A DNA stretch of 64,000 nucleotides from Stegostoma tigrinum (taxonomy: Eukaryota): assembly GCF_030684315.1 (NCBI RefSeq), contig NC_081360.1:17885795-17949794 (forward strand), in the 5' to 3' direction. Of the stretch, positions 52,631-64,000 are shown one piece after another. A program made the position numbers and the translations under genes. Each line of letters opens with the position of its first letter. Positions within the stretch are counted from its first letter, which is position 1. The notes under the pieces are model-generated. The model saw nothing but the letters and a program-made list of their open reading frames with translations. It was not told where the DNA came from and ran no database searches.

Positions 52631-53121
52631 TATAGTGATTGTAACGAGGTTAGCCAAGTGGACCTCATAGAATATGAGATCCCTGATTGCAGCTGTTAAT
52701 CTGGTCCAATCAGGGAGTCCTGGCTGACAGATACAAACAGGAGTATCAACGGTTCTGTTCACTCAAAACTGGCACTGAGGAAGCTGAATCAGCGTCAAGA
52801 ACTTTCCACAGGTAAGTAAAGGGTGACTTGGTGATGGGACATCAGGCTCCATGGAGATATTTCAAAAACAATGAGAGAAAAGTTGCTCCTGAAGCAGCAT
52901 AGCATTTCTAAGAAGGGAAGGTGTAGTGATTGTCATGAGGTCACCATGTTGCCCTCAGAATATGGGTTCCTTGATTGAACCAGATTAATAGACCCAATCA
53001 GGGAGCTTTGGCTGATAGGTATAAACAGGAATGTCAGAGATTCTGTTCACTCTGATGCGAGTTATGAGGGAGCTGTATCGGTGTTAAGGACGTTCCACAT
53101 AAGAAATAAAGGGTGACTTGG
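52631..53121 (+). mobile_element. Miniature two-LTR (TRIM-like) element
   Basis: Direct repeats 52631-52864 and 52922-53121 separated by 57 bp that end in the polypurine tract aagaagggaagg. Confidence 0.72.
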
Positions 53122-53684
53122 AAATAGCCCAGTACATCGGTTCGGTTCAAGGACCATTACGATAGGCTACAAATGCTGGCCTTACCTGTGATGTCCACAT
53201 CCCATGAATGAATAAAGAAACAATAGTAAGACTCATGCTCAATGGATTGGCACTGTGACATTAATTTAAAAAGCACCTGAAAGTGTGATTTCAGAAGTGT
53301 GAACTTGTATGGCTGAAGAGATCAGGAGAAAAACTTGTAATTGGCTAAAATGAAGCTAATGCCAACTGGGCAATTTTGAAATATTATTAAATTTAATCAG
53401 TTGACAATGATAAATTCTACACATTTCTCTCAAGAATATAATCTCTAAACAAATGATTTACAGAAACCTGCCAGTGGAATTACGCAAATAAATTGCCAAA
53501 CATTTGGTCAAGTTGCTAACCTTTCGACTCGGGCACTTTTAGCCATCTGTTTTTCCCTCCTAACATGTTTTTGTGGTCTGCAGAGAGTTGAAGCAGGTCA
53601 GTGAAATAAATCTGCAGGGAAACTAGACAAATTTATAAAGGAGCAGAGAAAATCAAGAGTGAACAAAAAGAAAGAGATTTTGAG

Positions 53685-54115
53685 ATTGCATTTATACTGT
53701 GCTGTTCACAACTACTGGCTGCCATAAAACTTCACAGTCAATTAAGTACTTTTAAAGTGTTTGTCCCATTGTAATGTTGGAAATGTGGCTTCAAGTTGTA
53801 CAGAGCAAACTTCTGTAAACAGCAATGTGATAACAATGCAGTAATTTGACTTTATGATGTTGATTGATCAAAAATTATTGGCCAAGATGTCAGGAATCAC
53901 TCGCCTGGTCTTCTTCCAAACAGTACTAGAGGATCATTCACATTTACACAAGCAGGAAAATGGGTCTCAGTTTCATGACTCACCTGCAACGTGTCACCTC
54001 CAACAGTCGAGTGCTCCTTCAATAATGACAAAGTTGAATTTTTTGCTCAACTTTAAAAGTGTGACTTAAGCCCAAAATTTGTCGTCAACTGTGAGTGTGA
54101 TCGGTTGAGCTACAG
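53685..54115 (-). mobile_element. DeuSINE-like element
   Basis: Deu-like core (ttggccaagatgtcagg...ggatcattcacatttacac); partial copy at about 56260-56510. Confidence 0.6.
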
Positions 54116-56825
54116 CTACCAAAGTCTGGAAACAAATGCAAAGGAAACAAAGGCAAGAGATGGTGACCTTTTTGCATTTCATCAGCATTTTTAACCAGAG
54201 GTGTCAAGAAGTAGTTTATTTATGATGAGCTCATCTGAATCAGCTGGATTTTAATATTTATCAACAAGAATGGACATTTAGGAGGAAGGAAGGAGAAAGG
54301 TCAGTTTTAAGGCATCTTTTTCTGCATGAACTACAACATATACTGCTGTGTATATTTCTACAAACAAATCAGGAGGAGCAGAGATAAGCAAATTTAAAAT
54401 TATGGTGCTTTAAATGTGACGGCTTCTCTTCAGCACTTCTAGAGTGCATTAAAAATGAGTTTTTGAAAAAGAATTGAGTTTTTCTCACAGGACATCAACT
54501 AAATTATGACATTATTATTTTTTGGTATTGTGCTTCTGCCACCGCAAAATGGATCACACTGTGATTCACAATGACATTTGATCATATTCCTTTCAAAGGG
54601 ATATTTTAAAAGTAATTACAACCTAACACTGAAAAATCTACCCTGTATGACATCAGGACTCTTTATTTCATTCTGCAGATTTGTGCCAAATTTGTGTCAA
54701 TCCCAACATTCAGCAAAACCTATCTCTCTGCACATCTGAAAATTACCTACCTTTCATTAATCTCTCCTCAGATTCTCCTTCTCTTGCCCCTAGTTTCCAA
54801 TCTTTCCTCCCTCTTAAGCCACTAAATGTAGTGTCTTTGCCTTCCATATTTAATACCCAATTTGTCTTCCATTCCATGTCTGAAACTCTCCAATCAAATT
54901 TCGTCCCTACCTTGTCACAGTGTTAAAAGGGCCGAGATCAGTGATACAAATGACATCATCCTTGATTGTGACAGAGGTGCACTATCCTTCCTTTTCCTTC
55001 TCAATCTGTTTGCAGTCCATGGTAGGGTCTACCATTCTCCTGCGAAGAAATACTTCAGTTGACAAACTGAACAAACCCATTCGCCAAACTTAATACTGAG
55101 CATTATTACCAGTTTCCCCCATCATGGTTTGACACCCTAATTGCTGTAGTCTCACCTTGTTTCATTGGCTTGTTCCAGGAAGACTGGGAAATCTATAGAA
55201 CCAAAATTAAACTAGAAATCCTACATCAATATTGCTTTAATTGAGTAACTGACATACTGAAATTGACAACTCCTCCTGAGTGGAGTAGCCTATCCCAGTG
55301 TAACGTGCTGGAATTTGTGTGATGGAATCAGCTCCCTAAGACGCTTGTATATTTTCCTCACTTCAGCTGCCTTGACCCAATCCTATGTTGTCTTCCAGGT
55401 AAAATTCGTCAAATGTTTCTGTTAGTTCATTGTTATAAAGGTGAGACTTAGCATGTCTGCTTCCAGATTCTGATGAAGGGTAACTGGATCGAAAATGTTG
55501 GCTCTATCTTCTCTGCTCAAATGCTGCCAGACCTACTGAATTTCTCCAGTAACTTACATTTTGTTTCTGCTTCTAGACTCAGTGGTTGTCTGTTCACCTT
55601 AGTTAAATATAGAAACATAGAAACTAGCAGCAGAAGTAGGCTATTCAGCCTTTTGAGCCACTTTGTGGTCAACATGATCATGGCCGGTCATCCAACTCAG
55701 TACCCTGTTCCCATTTTCTCCCCACACCCTTTAACCTGTTAGTCCGAAGAACTATGGCTAACTCCTTCTTGAAGATTCCTTCATTGTTTTGGCCTGAACT
55801 ACTTTCAGTGTCAGTGAATTCCACAGGCTCACAATTCTTTGCGTCAAGAAATTTCTCCTCAGTCCCAAACGGCAGATTCTGCATCCTTAGAGAAACCCTT
55901 CCGTGACATGTCCGGTAATTGACGCGGATTCTGAGTATTACCTACAATAATTCACAAGAAGATCAACAGCAATCCTGGAATAACTGTTCACAGCCCATTG
56001 TGAACGTCTGAATTCACTTTATTAGCTATTTGTAATGATATGTACATTTGCTGTGTCTAATGCTGCCACCTTATGGATATACGGAAGCGCTTTTTGGATT
56101 ACTGATCCACAAATACGGTCCGGGGACCTGAACTTCAGCGTGGAAAGTATTACATTATTTCAGAAACAAACTGACATTTCATTCTATTGGAATGAATCTC
56201 ATGGCAGTTAAGTAGTTAATCTGTGCATGGAGGGAAAAACAGACAATTCAATTGCACCTTTCACATCATTGAGTGTGCAAAATAGCTTTGCAGTCAGTTG
56301 AGTATTTTTTAACAGGGACGAACTGCTGTAACATAAGAAATGTGGCAGCCAGTTCGTGTACAGCTAGGTCCAATAAACGGCGACAATGAAATGACTAGAC
56401 AATTTGTTTTAGTGGTGTTGGTTGAGGGACAAATATTGAACATAACACTAGGGAGAAAAATACCACTTATTCAATTCCAGCAACATGTTTGACTGGGGAG
56501 AGAGTGGGGTCTTAGCAGCCATGATCGAATGGAGGAACAGACTCGATGGACTGAATGGCCAAATTTTCTCCTCTGTCTAATGGTCCAATGGTCTAAAAGT
56601 CTCACTGTGTTCTGCAATACATTTCGTCTAGGGTTCACTTTCTCCCTTTCTGGGGAATTTTTAAAGTCACTCCAATAGCCAATGTCTTGAAAAAGGTATT
56701 TCTTATTTTTTTGATCAGTTGCCTATTTCTTTCGCAATGTGACTTTTATTTTGTATAATCACTGGGCAGACATGTTTCTCAAACCCATTATCCTGTCTTC
56801 TCCCCATAACCTTCAATCCTCCTAT

Positions 56826-58208
56826 AATAATCCTGGTAATTATAGACCAGTGAGCCTTACTTCGCTTGTGGGTAAAGTGTTGGAAAGGATTATAAGCGAT
56901 AGAATTTATAATCATCTGGAAAGGAATAATTTGATTAGGGATAGTGAACACGGTTTTGTGAAGGGTAAGTCGTGCCTCACAAACCTTATAGAGTTTTTGA
57001 GAAGGTGACCAAAGAGCCAGATGAGGGTAAAGCGGTTGATGTGGTGTATATGGATTTCAGTAAAGCATTTGATAAGGTTCCCCAAGGTAGGCTATTGCAG
57101 AAAATACTGAGGCACGGGATTGAGAGTGATTTAGCAGTTTGGATCAGAAATTGGCTAGCTGGAAGAAGACAATGGATGGTAGTTGATGGGAAATATTCAT
57201 CCTGGAGTTCAGTTACTCATGGTGTACTGCAAGGATCTGTTTTGGGGCCACTGCTGTTTGTCATTTTTATAAATGACCTGGATGAGGGCGTAGAAGGATG
57301 GGTTAGTAAATTTGTGGATGATACTAAAGTCAGTGGAGTTGTGGATAGTGTGGAAAAATGTTGCAGGTTACAGAGGGACATCGATAAGCCGCAGAGCTGG
57401 GCTGAGAGGTGGCAAATGGAGTTTAATGCTGAAAAGTGTGAGGTGATTCACTGTGGAAGGAGTAATAGTAATACAGAGTGCAGGGCTAATGGTAAGATTC
57501 TTGGTGGTGTGGATGAGCAGAGCGATCGCAGTGTCCATGTGCAAAGATCCCTGAAAGTTGCCACCCAGGTTGATAGGGTTGTTAGGAAGGCATACGGTGT
57601 GTTAGGTTTTATTGGTAGAGGGATTGAGTTTCAGAGCCATGAGGTCATGTTGCAGCTGTATAAAACTCTGTTGCGGCCACACTTGGAGTATGGTGTACAG
57701 TTCTGGTCGCCGCATTATAGGAAGGATGTGGAAGCATTGGAAAGAGTGCATAGGAGATTTACCAGGATGTTGCCTGGTATGGAGGGAAGGTCTTACAAGG
57801 AAAGGCTGAGGGACTTGAGGTTGTTTTCATCAGGGAGAAGAAAGTTAAGAGGTGACTTAACAGAGACATACAAGATGATCAGAGGACTAGGTAGGGTGGA
57901 TAGTGAGAGCCTTTTTCCTCAGATGGCGATGGCTAGAACGAGGGGACATAGCTTTAAATTGAGGGGTGATAGACACAGGACAGATTTCAGAGGTAGGTTC
58001 TTTACTCAGAGAGTAGTAAGGGCTTGGAATGCCCTGCCTGCAACAGTAGTAGACTCGTCAACTTCAAGGGCATTCAAATGGCCATTGGATAAACATATCG
58101 ATGATAATGTAATAGTGTAGGTTAGATGGGCTTCAGATTGGCTTCATGGGTTGGCGCAACATCGAGGGCTGAAGGGCCTGCACTGCACTGTTATGTTCTA
58201 TGTTCTAT
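56826..58208 (+). mobile_element. Young CR1 LINE ORF2 (RT) 3' part, one frameshift near 56995
   Basis: PGNYRPVSLTS...HGFVKGKSCLTNLIEF, then a 382-aa frame with YMDFSKAFDKVP, QGSVLGPLLF, SKFVDDTK; (tgttcta)n tail. Confidence 0.95.
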
Positions 58209-59300
58209 TTCTGTCCTAAATACACTCAATCACTCAGCCTCCATAGCCTTCTGCAGCAATGACTTCCACAGATTACTCAGCTGCTGGCTAAAGAAACAGC
58301 TTCTCATCTCTGTTTTAAAGCATTTTTGCTTCACTCTGAGGCTGTGTCTTTGGATCCTAGTCTCACGTACTAATGGAAATATCTTCTCCACATCTAGTGT
58401 ATCCAAGCTTCTAATATTCTGTATGTTTCAGTGAGGTTCCCCTCATCCTTATAAACTCCATCATGTAGAGACCCAGACTCTCCAACTGTTCCTCATACAA
58501 CAAGCCCTTCATACCTGGGATCATTCTTGTAAACCTCCCTTGAACCCCTCCAATGTCAGCACATCCTTCCTCAAATACAGGGCTCAAAACTGTTCACAAC
58601 ATTCCACATGCAGTCTGAGCAGAACTTAACACAGCCTCAGCAGTTAATCTCTGCTTGTGTATTCCAGCTCACTTGAAATGAATACCTTTATTGCAGTTGC
58701 CTGCCGAACTGTCAACTGAATCTGCATGTTAACCTGAAGGGAATCCTGAATTAGGACTCCCAAGTCTCTTTGTGTTTCAGATTTCTGCATCCTTTCCTTG
58801 TCGAGAAAATAGTCTGTGCCTCTATTCTTCCAACTAAAGTGCGAAACATCACACTTTCCCATATTGCATCCTGTCTATCATTTCTTTGCCTAACACGTCC
58901 ATATCTTTCCATAGCCTCTCCACTTGCTCAACGCTGCCTGTCCCTCCACCTGTCTTTGTGTCATCTGTAAACTTAGCAACAATCTCCTCAGTTCTTTTGC
59001 CCAGATCATTAATGTACAATGGGCAATCAATGCTGAGCCAGCCACTGAAGCCGACATCCCACGGATGAATATTAAAAAAAAACTTGTTCTGATCAAACAA
59101 AGTGCATTTTTAAGATGTCTTTAATGATTGATACCACCATTTTCCAACAATGGATGTTTCATTAACTGGCCTGTTATTCCCTATTTTCTCTCTTCTCTCC
59201 TTTTTAAAAAGCAAGGTAACATTTGCTAATTTGGCTACCAGCGGAGCCATTCCTGAAACTAAGAAACATTGTAAATTCACAGCTCTCATATTCATGTCCT
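58209..59300 (-). mobile_element. Older CR1 interrupted by the young CR1 (its 3' end lies at about 56765-56825)
   Basis: YINDLGK...AKFTDDTKTGG and ANVTLLFKK...GNNRPV. Confidence 0.78.
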
Positions 59301-60329
59301 CTGTGGCTCCAACTTACAGAATCTAAAAATCACAGGGAGTACGTTTCTCTAGTGTGTTTACTTGGTTACTTGTACTGTCCTTAATTTCCTCGCTCTGTTT
59401 AACCCCCAGATTACCGTATTTCTCAAATTAAATTTATGCCTTCTGCTGCAAAGTCAGATATAAAATATTCAATCAATTTTTCTGCCATTTCCTCAGTCCA
59501 ATAATCATTTCTCCTGTTGCAAAGTGATTCATGTTTACTTCAGCTACTTTTCTGTTTTTTATGTACTTATAAAACCTCTAGCAATCTGTTATTTTAATTT
59601 CTGGTCAGTTTACTTTCATATTTTACTCTTTCCCTTTTTAACAGTTTTTGGGCAGCACTTTGCTGGTTTCCAAAATACTACTAATCCCCTGTTGTCCTTC
59701 ACAACATCATAAGCCCTTTGTTTTAATGTCTTCATCAAAGACCTTTATACAGATTGTAAATCACACAGATTGCAGGATAATTGATTGTAAATAGTAAAAA
59801 ACAGATTCTTGTGGAACTTCACGATTCATTGCCTACTAAAGTGAGGATGCCCACTTATGTCCACTCTCTACTTCCTGTCCTTTAAAGAATCTTCTATCCC
59901 TGCTAATATGTTGCCCTCAACTCTATGAGATTGTGTTGTGCCAATGATCCTGTTGCGCACGACTTCAATGAATGCTTTTTGAAATCTGGGTATCCTTCAT
60001 CTACATTGCCTTTTTAAAAAAAAATACTAGTTATGCCCTCAAAAAACTTCAATTAATTTATCAAATAGGATTTTCTTCAGTAAATTCAGTCAGCTTTTTA
60101 TTTCAATCTAATATATGCTTGTGAGTGAGCCGCAAATGAGTCTTTCTTGCTAATGTATTTTGTTTCAAATGTTTTGCATGATTTTTGGTGAACTCTTTCG
60201 CCCTCCCTATCTCCTGCTACTTTTCCTTCTTCACTTTGCTCGATTGTTTTTCCAATTTTCAATGTTTCTCTTTGGATTTCTAAATCTCTATTCATATGAA
60301 ACCCTCAATCCCCCAATTACAAGACCATC

Positions 60330-60445
60330 ATCCCCAAAACATTCAGTTAAAACCCTGCCCACAGCCTTAGTTATAAAATTGGGCAGGACACTGGTCCTGG
60401 TGCAGTTCAAGTGGAGCCCATCCTAACAAAATAGCTTCCCTGTAA
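60330..60445 (-). mobile_element. CR1 ORF1 esterase C-terminal remnant
   Basis: Minus strand translates DGLHLNCTRTSVLPNFITKAVGRVL (SGNH-type DGLH motif). Confidence 0.6.
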
Positions 60446-61857
60446 GTGAGCACTGTAAACAGCCCAGCCAAAAAGGCAAAATATTGTGAACACTTCAAGT
60501 CCAACATGAAAACAGGGAATGCTGGAAAGACACAGTGGTTCTGGCAGAATCTGCAGAGAGAAAAACAGAATGAACATTTTATCAAGCCACTGATCTGAAT
60601 CATCAAATCTGTTTCTCTCTGCACAAAATGCTGCAAATCCTGTTGACTATTCACTGCATTTTGTGTTTTTTAAATACTAACTGGTACAAATGTAAAGTGG
60701 ATGTGGGAACAGGGGACATGGCTGTGAGGATACCTGAGATTCTAAAGGTGTTCAGGCAAGTTGAGAAAATTGTTTAAAAATAAAACATGATATCCTTGCC
60801 TTTCTAAACAAAGTCAAAGAATATAAAACAACAAAGTTATGCGAGACATTCATAAAATATTATTTGGAACTCAGCTAAACTACTGTTGAATGAAGGGGAA
60901 ATTTAATAGGGTGCTCACAATTATGAGGGATAAAGGTCAGTAAGCAAAACTGTTTAGACTGGCTGGAAGAAAATTTGAAAAATATTTGCAAGGGATTTAT
61001 TTTTCACAAGACAATGTTATGTAGGCAGGGGAATGAAACTAATTAACAACTTTTTCCAGAGATATGGCACAAGATGCAATGAGCCAATCTGCATCATTTC
61101 ATGAACAGCATTGCAAGGATTTTGAGAAAGATATCAGTACTCATGAAGCCTGTGGGAAGTGTCTCTTTCAACCAGAATAACTCAGTGAAACATAACCGTC
61201 CAAATGAAGGATTACTGTAGCAGCAATTTGAAATGAAGTCAGTCTGTTCACAACCTTGGTGTCACATTTGAATCTGAAATGAGTTTCTGACCTTATTATC
61301 CTGCTATCATTGACTGCTGATTTTCACTTTGGTAATATCATCCAACTTTGTCCCTGGCTCAGCTGATCTGCAGCTGCCAACCTAATTTGTGCCTTTGTTA
61401 TTTTCAGACAGCACTATTCCAATGCAATCCTGGCTAATTACCCTCATTCTACCCAGTGTGAATGTAAATGCATCTGCAGTGCGTCGGGGTTAACATCAAA
61501 AGAATCACATGATTCAGTGTGCCAGAACAGAACAGAAGATCTAGCCTTTTGTGAAGATAATCTGTGTATAGATCCACAGCCTGAGTTATACAATCACAAG
61601 TACAAATGTAATACAATTACAGTGCTTATTATACAACTCTAAAAATAAAGAATTTTTGCAGATTGTTCCATGGACCACGATTGCATCACTTTGGAAGATG
61701 AAACAGAGTTGGACCATAAACACAGCAAAACATAGGGCAGCAGGAAAGGCAAGCAGAAATATTAGAGTCAGTAACTTACAGGAACTTTGAATAAAGAGAA
61801 CAGATCTTTTTTCAGAGAATTATCATGATACTAGGGGCATCAAGGGAACAGCAGATG

Positions 61858-62089
61858 TGAAATGACTGCACAAAGGCCAGTATCCTGTCACCAGGTCACC
61901 CTTTATTTACATGTGTACTGTACATGGGCTTTGACCAGCCAGCTCAAAGCCAGTCCCTAGACCGAGGAGACCTTCCGAATCTCCTGTTTCTATCTGTCAG
62001 CCAGGGCTCCCTGATTGGTACAGGTTAACAACCCCAATCAGAGATCTCATAATCATGAGATCCTCTTGGCACTGCTTCCAATCACCACA
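61858..62089 (-). mobile_element. Solo LTR related to the 52631 element
   Basis: TG...CA ends, 232 bp, CCAAT boxes, AATAAA; flanks agatg/agaag (5-bp TSD with one mismatch). Confidence 0.78.
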
Positions 62090-64000
62090 AGAAGGCTATA
62101 AAACAGACAAGGAGAGGGGCAACTCAAGACTAGGGCAGTGGGGCAGATACGGCAGCAGGTATTAGAACAACTTCAGGACCCAGGAAAAATGTGGAAATCA
62201 ACCTTTCACTTTTGGAAACATCCCAGGCAATTGAGGGACAACATCAGGCCCAGGAATGGCAGTATAGGAAGTACGTGTTCTACGTGCAGAAATGCTTCCG
62301 CATTAGATAAGAAAGGATAGGTAATGACATGTAAGTACATAACTACATGCTGTGGGAACCATTATTAACAATCTATTAACAAGACAGAGCAATGATGAGC
62401 AAGAAACATTACATGAGTTGATATTTTGGGCATTCAACAACTATTTCAGTGTGCATCAAAATTTAATTATTTGAATGGATCATGTTTAACAGAAGGAAAG
62501 GGAAGCCAGAGGAAAATATTAGTTAATTAATTCATGATTTTGACAGGCTCGTGGAAAACTGTGCTGATAAAAGTTTAAAGGTAAAATTTATTTGCAACCC
62601 GATCATACTCAGCGTTGTTGGTGAGATGTGATTGGAACTTTTCAAGACAGCCAGACTGAACATTAGAAAAGGCAGTGGGAATTGTTCTGGCCAATCACAT
62701 TTCAGACATAGAGAAAACTTGAGGGGAAACTGATGAGCCATGGAAAAGAAGAATTGTGCAGCAATTCAATTGGTAATCCTCAAAGGAGAAAGTACAAAAA
62801 GAAGGCCCACCAAAATCTTAAAATATCATGCTAACTGCCAGTACGTAGTGTTTTAGATGGTATGGGAACATCACACAAACAGAAAGAATGATCAGTGTGA
62901 GGTGAGGTGGGGGATATATTCCCTTCTAAAAGTAATTAAGACCCAATTTATTCAAAGAAAACTATAATAGTAACTAAGATTAATTATCTTCAATATTGAC
63001 AATGTACGCCAGTATGTCTTTGGTGCCCACCAATTGCAGAAAGATTCAAGGATACTGGTGCATGTGTGTTATAACAGTCAAGTTTGTCAAAATACACATG
63101 CAAAGGTGTGTGGAAGAATACAGAATACAGCTCACGGAACAAGTAATATAGCATTCCATAGTACAACTCTCGGATTAGGCAAAAATAAACGTGTACTGGA
63201 CAGGAAAGGTTTTAACATTTGCTTACAGAAAAGATTGATGGTTCTGAACATATCTATATCCAACGGAAACACAAATTTATTACAGAGTTAAATTTGAGGA
63301 AACATAATGGAATGTGAGTAATGACCTAACTCTATTACTTACATTTGGGTTGTGAGGTTTCAGAAATGGGTCATCAGCAGGTAAATAATTTGAGAAAGTC
63401 AGTTTCGAAGGATTCAGCTAATTCACTGAAGATATTGTTCAATTTGTGTGTAAGTGGACATAGCTTGCTGAACAGAAAAATAAATTGCTTTTCAACTAAA
63501 TAGGCCATTTTGAAATTGCTTACAAACATTTCTGGGGAACAACCAGATTCAACCACACAGAACGTCCAGTGAGACAGTTAGTCAGTCTGTATTCAATTGT
63601 TTCATAGTTAAAGTACAGCTTTTAAAATGCCAGTTCTGGTCGAGCATAGCAGCAAGAGACTTGGGTGAGAGCAAGTAAATAAGGAGCTTTACTTGGCCTC
63701 CGTGTTGATTATCAGCGAATTTGATTGCATATCTCTATTAATCCTTTTCTGTCACTGGACTTTAGTCAAACATCACAGCAGAGCAGAGAAAAGAAGCTTC
63801 TATCATTGCCTGATGTCTCACCTGTAAGTTCTCCTTCAGGAAACAGAGCCCAAAGACAAAGACTCCTTCATGTTTGCAAAAGGATACCTTCCAGATCTGT
63901 CAGTTGATCCAGCTGAAGGGAGCTGCACTGATTGTCAACTCCACCCCCGAGGGCTGAAGACTAGTTACTGCAAGTTAATTTACCGCGCCCAGAAAGAGAA

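Larger units (their letters stand above)
52125..53220 (+). mobile_element. L2-tailed SINE split by a PLE insert and an LTR element
   Basis: SINE sequence resumes at 52582 after the PLE and at about 53121 after the LTR element. Confidence 0.65.

Noticed and set aside
56972-58120. 382-aa ORF as a host gene
   Set aside because: It is CR1 reverse transcriptase with an upstream frameshift and a CR1 tail
63780-63950. Possible minus-strand exon ending CAG|GTGAGA, or the start of a neighbouring gene such as PTTG1IP
   Set aside because: No recognisable peptide, and synteny cannot be tested from this window

Overview
Eukaryotic vertebrate DNA, most likely a shark (HE1/V-SINE, DeuSINE, CR1 and Penelope-like repeats). 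The main content is a + strand integrin beta-2 (CD18) gene. I resolved 14 coding exons (13477-43535) with GT-AG junctions and consistent phases, about 755 aa from the PSI domain to the NPxF tail. The signal-peptide exon was not found and probably lies upstream of the window. Introns and flanks are dense with retroelements. The most notable non-gene signal is a dispersed family of Penelope-like element (PLE) termini carrying minimal type I hammerhead ribozyme cores (CUGANGA-stem II-GAAAC-GUH). About 10 copies are present, two have intact cores, and many are short fold-back inserts, some bracketing an ITGB2 exon. A tiny two-LTR TRIM-like element and several nested insertions with target-site duplications (TSDs) are also visible. 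All calls are by eye with no database searches, and repeat boundaries are approximate.
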